From Rhodospirillaceae bacterium (lineage in GTDB: Bacteria > Pseudomonadota > Gammaproteobacteria > Burkholderiales > SG8-41), in contig JBLNBW010000044.1 of NCBI GenBank assembly GCA_050260255.1, forward strand, positions 16,741 through 80,740: a stretch of 64,000 bases of DNA. The letters run 5' to 3'. The notes under the pieces were generated by a model. It saw only the letters and a program-made list of their open reading frames with translations, did not search any database and was not told the origin of the DNA. Shown here piece after piece: positions 42,226-50,334 of this stretch. Numbering within the stretch: position 1 is the first letter of the stretch; the number at the start of each line of letters is the position of its first letter. The position numbers and the translations under genes were made by a program.

Positions 42226-43935
42226 TTATGCGTGGCCCGCGACCGCGGTACGCGTCGGCGGTGCAGACAATCGGGCCATGATCTCCTGGCGGGGGCCGAA
42301 GCCCTTCACGACGCCGCCATCGAGGAACAGGAGTTTGTCCACCGCGTTGAGCGCCGCCATGCGGTGCGAAATGACCACGACGGTGGTGCCCATGTTCTTC
42401 AGGCGCGAGAGGCACTCGAGCAATGCCGCCTCGCCGTTGCTGTCCAGGTTCGAATTGGGCTCGTCGAGAACAACGAAGCGCGGCGCGCCGTACACGGCGC
42501 GCGCAAGCGCGATCTGCTGGCGCTGACCGGCGGAAAGCAGCATGCCCTGGTCGCCCACCTCGGTCTCGTAGCCGTTCGGTAATCGCAGAATCATCTCGTG
42601 CGCGCCGGCAAGGTTCGATGCACGAACGACCTCTTCCGGCACCAGCGAGCCGAAACGTGCAATGTTATCGGCAACGGTGCCGGGGAACAGTTCCACGTCC
42701 TGCGGGAGATAACCGACGTGCCGGCCGAACGCATTGCGATCCCAGGTCCAGACGTTCGCGCCGTCCAGACGCACGACACCGGCCGTAGGCGGACATACAC
42801 CCACCAGCAACCGCGCAAGCGTCGACTTACCCGCCGCGCTCGGGCCCACCAGGCCGAGCGCTTCGCCGGGCGTGAGCGCGAAGCTGACTTTGTTGATCAC
42901 CATGCGGGTAGTGCCGGGCGGCACGAACACCACCTCCTCCACCGAGATGTGTCCAGTCGGTTCCGCCGGCGAGATGGTCGGACGGCGCGGCGGACGCGTG
43001 GCGAGCAGCGCGGACACGTTGTAGAGGGATTGCTTGGCTGCAATCAGTTGACGCCATAATCCCACGACTTGCTCTATCGGCTGCATCGCCCGCCCGAGCA
43101 ATATGCTGGCCGCGAACATCGCGCCCGGTGTGATGGTGCGATCGATCGCGAGATAAGCCCCCACACCGAGGACCAGCGCCTGCGCCGAGAAGCGCACGAA
43201 GCGTATGCCGCTCAGCACCGTCGATCCTTGATCGACCGCCGCCGTCTGCGCCTGCAGCATGCGGTTCCTATCCTTGCGCCAGCGATCGAGCAGACCGTCC
43301 ATCATGCCGCTTGCATGGATGATCTCCGCGTTTTTGAGGCTCGATTCGGCAAAGGCATAGCTGCGCGCGGCGGCATGCGTCGATTCCGCGAGCGGCTTGC
43401 GGCTCACATACTCGTTGAGCACCGCCAGTCCGAGCAGTATGCCCGCGCACAAGACCGCTGCGCCGCCGATCGCAGGATGGATGATGAACAGCACGCCGAG
43501 GAAGAGCAGCGCCCACGGCATGTCGAGCAACGCAACAAGACCCGGACCGGCGATCAGCGAGCGGAAAGAATCAAGCTCGCGCAGCGGCTGGGTCCGCTGC
43601 AGCATCGGTACGATCAGCGACTGCTCCACCGATGCGGAAATCACGCGACGCGCGAGCAGCGCGTCGAGTCGCATGCCGCTTCGATTCAGCACGCGGGCGC
43701 GAACGCTTTCCAGGCCGGCGAGCGCGGCGATGGCAAATACGAATGCGATGCTCAGCATCACGAGTGTTGCCATGTTCCCGCTCGCAAGCACCCGGTCGTA
43801 CACCTGCGAGGTGTAGATCGGCAGCGCGAGATACAGAAGATTGGTCGCCATGCTAAACAGCACGGCAGCAATGAAGTGCGTGCGGCAAGCACGTAATGCG
43901 GTGACGATTTCGTCCGGTAATTTTCTTAACTGCAT
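42226..43935 (-). CDS. type I secretion ABC transporter (PrtD/AprD class: TMD+NBD, no C39 or C39-like N-domain)
   Basis: 569 aa. The first ~300 aa form six TM segments. Walker A GPSAAGKST, signature LSAGQRQ, Walker B VVLDEP. Confidence 0.9.
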   Translation of the reverse strand: MQLRKLPDEIVTALRACRTHFIAAVLFSMATNLLYLALPIYTSQVYDRVLASGNMATLVMLSIAFVFAIAALAGLESVRARVLNRSGMRLDALLARRVISASVEQSLIVPMLQRTQPLRELDSFRSLIAGPGLVALLDMPWALLFLGVLFIIHPAIGGAAVLCAGILLGLAVLNEYVSRKPLAESTHAAARSYAFAESSLKNAEIIHASGMMDGLLDRWRKDRNRMLQAQTAAVDQGSTVLSGIRFVRFSAQALVLGVGAYLAIDRTITPGAMFAASILLGRAMQPIEQVVGLWRQLIAAKQSLYNVSALLATRPPRRPTISPAEPTGHISVEEVVFVPPGTTRMVINKVSFALTPGEALGLVGPSAAGKSTLARLLVGVCPPTAGVVRLDGANVWTWDRNAFGRHVGYLPQDVELFPGTVADNIARFGSLVPEEVVRASNLAGAHEMILRLPNGYETEVGDQGMLLSAGQRQQIALARAVYGAPRFVVLDEPNSNLDSNGEAALLECLSRLKNMGTTVVVISHRMAALNAVDKLLFLDGGVVKGFGPRQEIMARLSAPPTRTAVAGHA

Positions 43936-44030
43936 GCTGCTCCCTGTAACCTACGGGAAAGGTCGACAACGTGGTATGTGGCGCGCGGCGAGCCGCGATG
44001 AGATTTGAAGGGCGCGCCGGAAAGGCGCTT

Positions 44031-44059
44031 TTTATAGCACGCACGTCATAGCGTCCCAA
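44031..44059 (-). promoter_or_regulatory. sigma70 promoter candidate for the T1SS operon
   Basis: Minus strand reads TTGGGA-N17-TATAAA with an extended TG (TGCTATAAA). About 95 nt upstream of the ABC gene ATG. Confidence 0.4.
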
Positions 44060-44182
44060 GCAAAAATAACTATGGCGTGCACGTTTTACCCGAGCGTCGC
44101 CATCGTGCGACAGCCGTACGATAAGCGCTTCACGCGCGGCCTCGCATTCGAGTAATTCTTGCATGGGGCCCGTGGGGGTCGA

Positions 44183-44191
44183 TGCTATAAT
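44183..44191 (+). promoter_or_regulatory. extended -10 promoter candidate for the plus-strand glycan operon
   Basis: TGCTATAAT, a perfect TATAAT with a TGn extension, about 160 nt upstream of rfbA. No good -35 element. Confidence 0.45.
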
Positions 44192-44352
44192 CCGCCCCGG
44201 TTTCATAGGCTGGCGCGATGACGTTTTCGCTGCGGCCGACCGAGCAGCGCGCGCCCCGTGGCACGACACTTCGCCAGAGGCCGGCATATGAACTACACCT
44301 CAACCCGCTCTCACGAGCATCTGCGCCGCACGCTATCGTCATCGGGGACACA

Positions 44353-45243
44353 GTGACCCATACCATACGCAAGGGCATCGTCCTCGCCGGCGGCGCCGGC
44401 ACGCGCCTCCATCCGGTTACACAGGTCGTATCGAAGCAGCTGCTGCCGATATACGACAAACCGATGATCTATTACCCGCTCTCGACGCTGATGCTGGCCG
44501 GCATACGAGACATACTTGTTATCACGACGCCGGAGGATGCTTCGCGCTTCAAGACGCTCCTAGGCGATGGCCGCAAATGGGGAATAGAACTGTCCTACGA
44601 GGCGCAACGAGCACCCGAGGGGATTGCCCAAGCGTTCCTGCTCGGCAAAGAATTCATCGCTGGAGAGCCGGTCGCATTGATCCTCGGGGACAATCTCTTC
44701 TATGGACACGATCTCGTGAGTCAGCTCGGGCGGGCGGTACGCCGTAGCGAAGGCGCGACAGTATTTGCTTACCCGGTAAACGATCCGGAACGTTACGGCG
44801 TGGTCGAGTTCGACGCCGACGGGCAGGCGCTATCTATCGTCGAGAAGCCGACGCAACCGCAGTCGCGGTACGCAGTGACCGGGCTCTATTTTTACGATGA
44901 CCGCGTGGTCGACATCGCAGAGACGCTCAAGCCGTCACAGCGTGGCGAGCTCGAGATCACCGATCTCAACAATCACTACCTCGAGCGCGGACAATTGCAC
45001 GTCGAGATCATGGGCCGTGGCATGGCGTGGCTGGATACCGGGACCCATGACGCGCTGCTGCAGGCCGCTCAGTTCATCGAGACAGTGGAAAAACGCCAGG
45101 GACTGAAGGTGGCGTGCCCGGAAGAGATCGCCTATCGCAAGGGCTACATTACCGCCGCGGAACTCAAAGCGCTTGCCGCGTCGCTCGGCAAGACGAGTTA
45201 CGGCAACTACTTGTCGCGTCTGCTCGAGGAGAAGGTGTTCTAG
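44353..45243 (+). CDS. rfbA: glucose-1-phosphate thymidylyltransferase
   Basis: ORF 44218..45243 trimmed to the GTG at 44353: (M)[43 protein letters not shown]. Confidence 0.9.
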   Translation: MTHTIRKGIVLAGGAGTRLHPVTQVVSKQLLPIYDKPMIYYPLSTLMLAGIRDILVITTPEDASRFKTLLGDGRKWGIELSYEAQRAPEGIAQAFLLGKEFIAGEPVALILGDNLFYGHDLVSQLGRAVRRSEGATVFAYPVNDPERYGVVEFDADGQALSIVEKPTQPQSRYAVTGLYFYDDRVVDIAETLKPSQRGELEITDLNNHYLERGQLHVEIMGRGMAWLDTGTHDALLQAAQFIETVEKRQGLKVACPEEIAYRKGYITAAELKALAASLGKTSYGNYLSRLLEEKVF

Positions 45244-45788
45244 TGAAGGTCATCGAGACCGAGCTACCCGGCGTGCTGATCATCGAGCCGAAAATCTTCG
45301 GTGACGCGCGCGGCTTTTTCTACGAAAGCTACAACGAGCGCGAGTTTCGCGCCAATACGGGCGTCGATGCGCACTTCGTTCAGGACAATCACTCTCGCTC
45401 CGCCTGCAATGTGCTTCGGGGTCTGCACTATCAAGTGAAGCGGCCGCAGGGCAAGCTCGTGCGCACGACCGCTGGAACGGTGTATGACGTCGTCGTCGAT
45501 GTACGTCGGAGCTCGAAGACGTTCGGCAAATGGCTCGGACTCATGTTGTCAGCAGACGACAGGCGAATGCTGTGGATCCCGCCCGGATATGCGCATGGGT
45601 TCCTCGTGACATCGGACTACGCCGAGTTCCAGTACAAGACCACTGAATATTGGGCACCGGAACACGAGCGGTGTATCTGCTGGAACGATCCAGAGCTCGA
45701 TATTCGCTGGCCTTTAGCTGTACAGCCGATACTTTCCAGTCGGGACCAGGCCGCCCCGCGGCTGCAGCTTGCCGAGGTCCTCCCCTAG
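45243..45788 (+). CDS. rfbC: dTDP-4-dehydrorhamnose 3,5-epimerase
   Basis: GTG at 45243 (TAGTG overlap with rfbA): (M)KVIETELPGVLIIEPKIFGDARGFFYESY...LRGLHYQ...GYAHGF. Confidence 0.9.
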   Translation: MKVIETELPGVLIIEPKIFGDARGFFYESYNEREFRANTGVDAHFVQDNHSRSACNVLRGLHYQVKRPQGKLVRTTAGTVYDVVVDVRRSSKTFGKWLGLMLSADDRRMLWIPPGYAHGFLVTSDYAEFQYKTTEYWAPEHERCICWNDPELDIRWPLAVQPILSSRDQAAPRLQLAEVLP

Positions 45789-45913
45789 ATCGGTAATTTT
45801 TACCCGACACGCAGTTGGGTTGTAAGTTTTACCGCGGTTCGCGCCAACGAATCGGCCCACGCTCGGTATTTGCTGCCCTATGGTGAACCCGCATCGGTAA
45901 CTCTTCCACCATT

Positions 45914-45929
45914 TGGCACGGATAATGCT
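45914..45929 (+). promoter_or_regulatory. sigma54-like -24/-12 element in the GC-poor gap upstream of a GT2 gene
   Basis: TGGCACGGATAATGCT: GG-N10-GC spacing, 59 nt upstream of ATG 45988. About one such match is expected by chance in a window this size. Confidence 0.3.
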
Positions 45930-45987
45930 TCCCGCCAGGCGCCTTTGCCATCTTTCCTTTGCCGAGCTCGCGAGAGTTTGACCCCGT

Positions 45988-46743
45988 ATGCCGCTTCCAC
46001 AGATCACTGTCTCTATCGTCAGCCACAGGCAGAACGGGATGTTGAATTTTCTGCTCTCCGAGCTCGAGCGGCATTGCGCGGAGAACATCCGGCTGGTGAT
46101 TACGGAAAACGTTCCGGATCCTATCCCGTTACACACGGCGCAATTAACGTGTCCGGTCCACGTCATCCGGAACCAGCACCCCAAAGGTTACGGCGCCAAT
46201 CACAATGCGGCGTTCGCTTACTGCGATACCGAGTTCTACTGTGTCTGTAACCCGGACGTGACGATAACCTCCGACCCGTTCAGGCAGCTTCTCAGTACCA
46301 TGCAAGCCGGCCCGCGCGTCGGTGTAGTGGGCCCGCTCGTACGCAGTCCGACGGGCAACGTCGAGGACAGTGCACGTTGCTTTCCCACCGTGTCGATCCT
46401 GCTTCGTAAGTTGATTGGCTTGCCCGTGCAGCTCGATTACCCCATAGACCGCGGATGCGTGCCGGTGGAGTGGGTGGCCGGCATGTTCATGCTGCTTCGC
46501 TCCGAGGCATATCGGGCCGTGAACGGCTTCGATGAAGCGTATTACCTGTACTACGAGGACGTGGACATCTGCCGGCGGCTGCATGAAGCGGGATGGTCCG
46601 TCCTCTATGAGCCCGGTGCGCAGGTGGTCCATGAAGGCCAGCGTGCCAGCAGAAAGGACGGACGCCTCGCGTTGCAGCACCTGGCAAGCATCGTCCGCTA
46701 TTTCACGGGGCCAAGACCCCGAAGTGCCAATCAAGTGAACTAA
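45988..46743 (+). CDS. glycosyltransferase family 2
   Basis: [14 protein letters not shown], then NPDV (DxD-like), then [33 protein letters not shown]. Confidence 0.8.
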   Translation: MPLPQITVSIVSHRQNGMLNFLLSELERHCAENIRLVITENVPDPIPLHTAQLTCPVHVIRNQHPKGYGANHNAAFAYCDTEFYCVCNPDVTITSDPFRQLLSTMQAGPRVGVVGPLVRSPTGNVEDSARCFPTVSILLRKLIGLPVQLDYPIDRGCVPVEWVAGMFMLLRSEAYRAVNGFDEAYYLYYEDVDICRRLHEAGWSVLYEPGAQVVHEGQRASRKDGRLALQHLASIVRYFTGPRPRSANQVN

Positions 46744-46793
46744 GAATCGGGCGAGCGTTGCTCGCTTCAGTTTTTCAACATAAAGACGACAAC

Positions 46794-47567
46794 ATGACCA
46801 AGGCAGTCTTACTTGCCGGAGGCTTGGGCACGCGCCTTTCCGAGGAAACGACAGTCAAGCCGAAGCCCATGGTGGAAATCGGTGGCAAGCCGATACTCTG
46901 GCACATCATGAAGATTTATGCGGCACACGGGATCAACGAATTCGTCGTTTGCCTCGGCTACAAGGGGTATGTCATCAAGGAATACTTCGCCAATTATTTC
47001 CTGCATACCTCGGACGTCACGTTTGACATGAAAAAGAACGAGATGACGGTGCATCATAACTATGCCGAGCCGTGGCGGGTGACGCTCGTCGACACCGGTG
47101 AAGATACAATGATCGGCGGCCGCATCAAGCGAGTGCTGTCCTATGTGGCAGACGACCCTTATTTCTGCCTCACATACGGCGACGGCGTCGGTGACGTAGA
47201 CATTAGCAAGAGCATCGATCTGCACTGCAGTGAAAGGCGACTCGCGACTGTGACGGCGACCCAACCGCCCGGCCGATTCGGTGCGCTGCGCTTCGAAGGC
47301 TCGAAAGCGCTGGGCTTCCAGGAAAAACCGCAGGGGGACGGCGGCTGGATCAATGGTGGTTTCTTCGTCCTGTCGCCAAAGGTCGGCAAATACATCGAAG
47401 GCGATGCCACGGTGTGGGAACGAGAGCCCATGGAGAATCTCGCCCGGGATGGCGAGCTCTCCGTGTATTTCCATCATGGCTTCTGGCAGCCGATGGACAC
47501 GCTGCGCGACAAGCGACACCTGGAAGAGTTGTGGGCGAGTGGCAAAGCGCCCTGGAAAGTTTGGTAA
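46794..47567 (+). CDS. rfbF: glucose-1-phosphate cytidylyltransferase
   Basis: [71 protein letters not shown]. Confidence 0.9.
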   Translation: MTKAVLLAGGLGTRLSEETTVKPKPMVEIGGKPILWHIMKIYAAHGINEFVVCLGYKGYVIKEYFANYFLHTSDVTFDMKKNEMTVHHNYAEPWRVTLVDTGEDTMIGGRIKRVLSYVADDPYFCLTYGDGVGDVDISKSIDLHCSERRLATVTATQPPGRFGALRFEGSKALGFQEKPQGDGGWINGGFFVLSPKVGKYIEGDATVWEREPMENLARDGELSVYFHHGFWQPMDTLRDKRHLEELWASGKAPWKVW

Positions 47568-47591
47568 GTCACGCCCAACGAGGAATAGAGG

Positions 47592-48653
47592 ATGAAGATC
47601 TTAATTACGGGCAATATGGGTTACATAGGGCCGGTACTGGTTCAACACCTGCGCTCGGCTTTCAAGGACGCGCAGCTGATCGGATACGATTCCGGCTTTT
47701 TCGCCCATTGCCTTACGGGTGCCGTGGCACTGCCCGAGCGCAGCCTCCACATGCAGCTCTTCGGCGACGTGCGCGATGTATCGCCCGAAATGTTCGCGTC
47801 CGTGGACGCGGTCGTGCACCTTGCCGCTGTCTCGAACGACCCGATGGGGAAACGCTTCGAGGAAGTGACCGAGGCCATCAACTACGCTTCCAGCGCGGAC
47901 ATTGCCCGTAAGGCCGTCGCGGCGGGTGTCAAGCGCTTTGTGTTCGCCTCCAGCTGCAGCATGTACGGGTACGCCGAAGGGGGGCCTCGTAAGGAGACCG
48001 ACGCGCTCAATCCATTGACCGCGTATGCGAAATCGAAGGTTGCGACGGAAAAAGCGCTCGCCCAGCTCGACGCACCGAACGCGGTGGTCACGGCACTGCG
48101 TTTTTCGACCGCGTGCGGCATGTCCGACCGGCTGCGGCTCGATCTCGTCCTGAACGATTTTGTTGCCGGCGCCATGGCGTCACGCGAAATTACGGTTCTG
48201 AGCGATGGCACGCCGTGGCGGCCGCTTATCGACGTAAAAGACATGGCGCGTGCAATACACTGGGCGCTCACCCGGGATCCCGGCAACGGCGGCCGCTATC
48301 TCGCGGTGAACGTGGGGTCGGACGAGTGGAACTACCAAGTCCGCGATCTTGCGCTCGCGGTCGCGGCCGCGATCCCGGGCACTCGGGTGAGCATTAACGA
48401 AAACGCGCCGCCGGACAAGCGCTCGTATCGCGTCGATTTCAGCCTCTACCGGCAACTCGCGCCGACGCATCAGCCGCAGGTGGACCTCAAACAGTCCATC
48501 GAGGAATTGAAGCGCGGCATGGAGCGGATGAATTTCAGCGACGCTGATTTCCGTGGCTCCCAGTTCATGCGGCTGAAAGTCCTGGAAAAGCACATCAGCG
48601 AGGGTCGGCTCAGCAATGCGTTACGCTGGACACATGAGTCGATGGGCCGCTAA
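47592..48653 (+). CDS. extended SDR (NDP-sugar dehydratase/epimerase family); not the canonical RfbG-type CDP-glucose 4,6-dehydratase
   Basis: MKILITGNMGYIGPVL (Rossmann fold), SSCSMYG, YAKSK (YxxxK). Confidence 0.8.
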   Translation: MKILITGNMGYIGPVLVQHLRSAFKDAQLIGYDSGFFAHCLTGAVALPERSLHMQLFGDVRDVSPEMFASVDAVVHLAAVSNDPMGKRFEEVTEAINYASSADIARKAVAAGVKRFVFASSCSMYGYAEGGPRKETDALNPLTAYAKSKVATEKALAQLDAPNAVVTALRFSTACGMSDRLRLDLVLNDFVAGAMASREITVLSDGTPWRPLIDVKDMARAIHWALTRDPGNGGRYLAVNVGSDEWNYQVRDLALAVAAAIPGTRVSINENAPPDKRSYRVDFSLYRQLAPTHQPQVDLKQSIEELKRGMERMNFSDADFRGSQFMRLKVLEKHISEGRLSNALRWTHESMGR

Positions 48654-48655
48654 TC

Positions 48656-49222
48656 ATGAAATTCAATAAGACGCCGCTCCATGGCGCGTACACGATAGAG
48701 CTCGAGAAGCGCGGCGACGATCGCGGGTTTTTTGCACGGCTCTTCTGCGAGAAGGAATTCGCGGACGCCGGGCTCGTCAATCATTTTGTACAGATAAACA
48801 ATTCGCTGAGCAGCAGTAAGGGCACGCTTCGCGGCATGCACTATCAACTGCCTCCGGCCGCCGAAGTGAAAGTCGTACGCTGCGTAAAAGGCGCGCTGTT
48901 TGACGTCATCGTGGATTTGAGGCCCGATTCGCCGACTTTCCGCCGTGCTTTCGGTGCAGAGCTTACTGCCGAGAACCGGCGCATGATGTATGTTCCCAGA
49001 GGCTTCGCACACGGCTTCGTGACGCTTACCGACAACGTGGAAGCGTTCTACCTTGTCAGCGCATTTTATTCGCCCGAGAACGAGCGCGGACTTCGATTCA
49101 ACGATCCTGCCGTGGAGATCGAGTGGCCCATCGAGCCCGTCGAGATTTCCGACAAGGATCGCAAATGGCCCGATTTGAACGCCGACTTCCACGGCCTGGA
49201 AAGGATGCGGGGGCTCGTTTGA
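48656..49222 (+). CDS. RmlC-fold NDP-4-keto-6-deoxyhexose 3,5-epimerase paralogue
   Basis: GDDRGFFARLF, LRGMHYQ and PRGFAHGF motifs. Starts 3 nt after the preceding gene. Confidence 0.85.
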   Translation: MKFNKTPLHGAYTIELEKRGDDRGFFARLFCEKEFADAGLVNHFVQINNSLSSSKGTLRGMHYQLPPAAEVKVVRCVKGALFDVIVDLRPDSPTFRRAFGAELTAENRRMMYVPRGFAHGFVTLTDNVEAFYLVSAFYSPENERGLRFNDPAVEIEWPIEPVEISDKDRKWPDLNADFHGLERMRGLV

Positions 49223-50178
49223 GGATCGTTCTTACCGGCGCCAGCTCATTCACGGGACTTTGGCTCACGCGCGCGCTGCTCGAAGCGGGGCACGAGGTGG
49301 TTGCGCCGCTGCGAGGTGAAGAAGGCTCCTACAGCGGGGTTCGCGAGCAGCGGGTGCTATTGCTGCAATCGGCCGGAGCGCAGCTCGTGTGGAGTTGTCC
49401 GTTCGGAAGCGACGCTTTCATCGCCGTGATGGATGACGGAGCCGATGTCCTATGCCACCACGCAGCGCGCGTCGAGAACTACAAGAGCATTGATTTCGAT
49501 GTCCACGGCGCGGTTCACGAAAATACGCGCGGCCTTCAGCAGGTTTTGGCCGTTGGCAAGGCGAACGGCCTGCGGGGGATCGTCGCGACCGGAAGCGTGT
49601 TCGAATATGGCGAGGGCGCAGGGGAAGCGCCGCTGCGCGCGTTCTCGCCGTACGGCCTTTCCAAGGGACTCACGTACGAAATCCTCAGGTTTTGGGCCGG
49701 CCATTTTCAACTGCCGCTGGGGAAGTTCGTTATCCCCAATCCATTTGGCCCGTACGAGGAACCGCGTTTTTGCGCTTACCTGCTCCAGTGCTGGGCTCAG
49801 GAAAAGACGGCGGTCGTGAAAACGCCGGACTACGTGCGCGATAATATCCACGTTTCGCTGCTTGCCAAGGCATATGCGGAGTGGGTGACGAACTTCGACT
49901 CGCGGTGTCGCGAGACCCGCTTGGGGCCGTCGGGGTACGTGGAAAGTCAAGGCGCGTTCGCCCTGCGATTCGGACGAGAAATCGGACGGCGACTCGACAT
50001 CGCGACGCCACTCGAGCTCGCCGTGCAAAGCGAGTTTTCCGAGCCGTTTGCGCGAATAAATACCGACCGTCTGCGGCATGGCGAGCTGGGCTGGAACGAG
50101 GAAGAAGCGTGGGATGAGCTCGCAGAATACTATCGACAAGTCTATCTGCCGGGCACCCGGCGACGCGCCTCCGCCTAG
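49219..50178 (+). CDS. SDR family NDP-sugar reductase/epimerase
   Basis: The TTG at 49219 (overlapping the previous stop) gives (M)RIVLTGASSFTGLWL. Contains YGLSK (YxxxK). Confidence 0.75.
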   Translation: MRIVLTGASSFTGLWLTRALLEAGHEVVAPLRGEEGSYSGVREQRVLLLQSAGAQLVWSCPFGSDAFIAVMDDGADVLCHHAARVENYKSIDFDVHGAVHENTRGLQQVLAVGKANGLRGIVATGSVFEYGEGAGEAPLRAFSPYGLSKGLTYEILRFWAGHFQLPLGKFVIPNPFGPYEEPRFCAYLLQCWAQEKTAVVKTPDYVRDNIHVSLLAKAYAEWVTNFDSRCRETRLGPSGYVESQGAFALRFGREIGRRLDIATPLELAVQSEFSEPFARINTDRLRHGELGWNEEEAWDELAEYYRQVYLPGTRRRASA

Positions 50179-50334
50179 ATCGCCTTCGATGGCCGGTCGC
50201 GCGCCCACGCGGCCTCGAAACGCCGATAGAAACCGCGTTCACAAAAACGAGCGACCCACAGCCTGCGTTCATGCATCATTGCAAGCTCGAACAACGGCCG
50301 CTCCCATGAAGCCCGGCGGGCAAGGAGAAACACG

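Noticed and set aside
44014-44033. GCGCC-GGAAA-GGCGC followed by TTTTT, read as a plus-strand terminator
   Set aside because: The stem is only 5 bp and no plus-strand gene lies upstream to terminate. It falls within the predicted leader of the minus-strand T1SS transcript instead.
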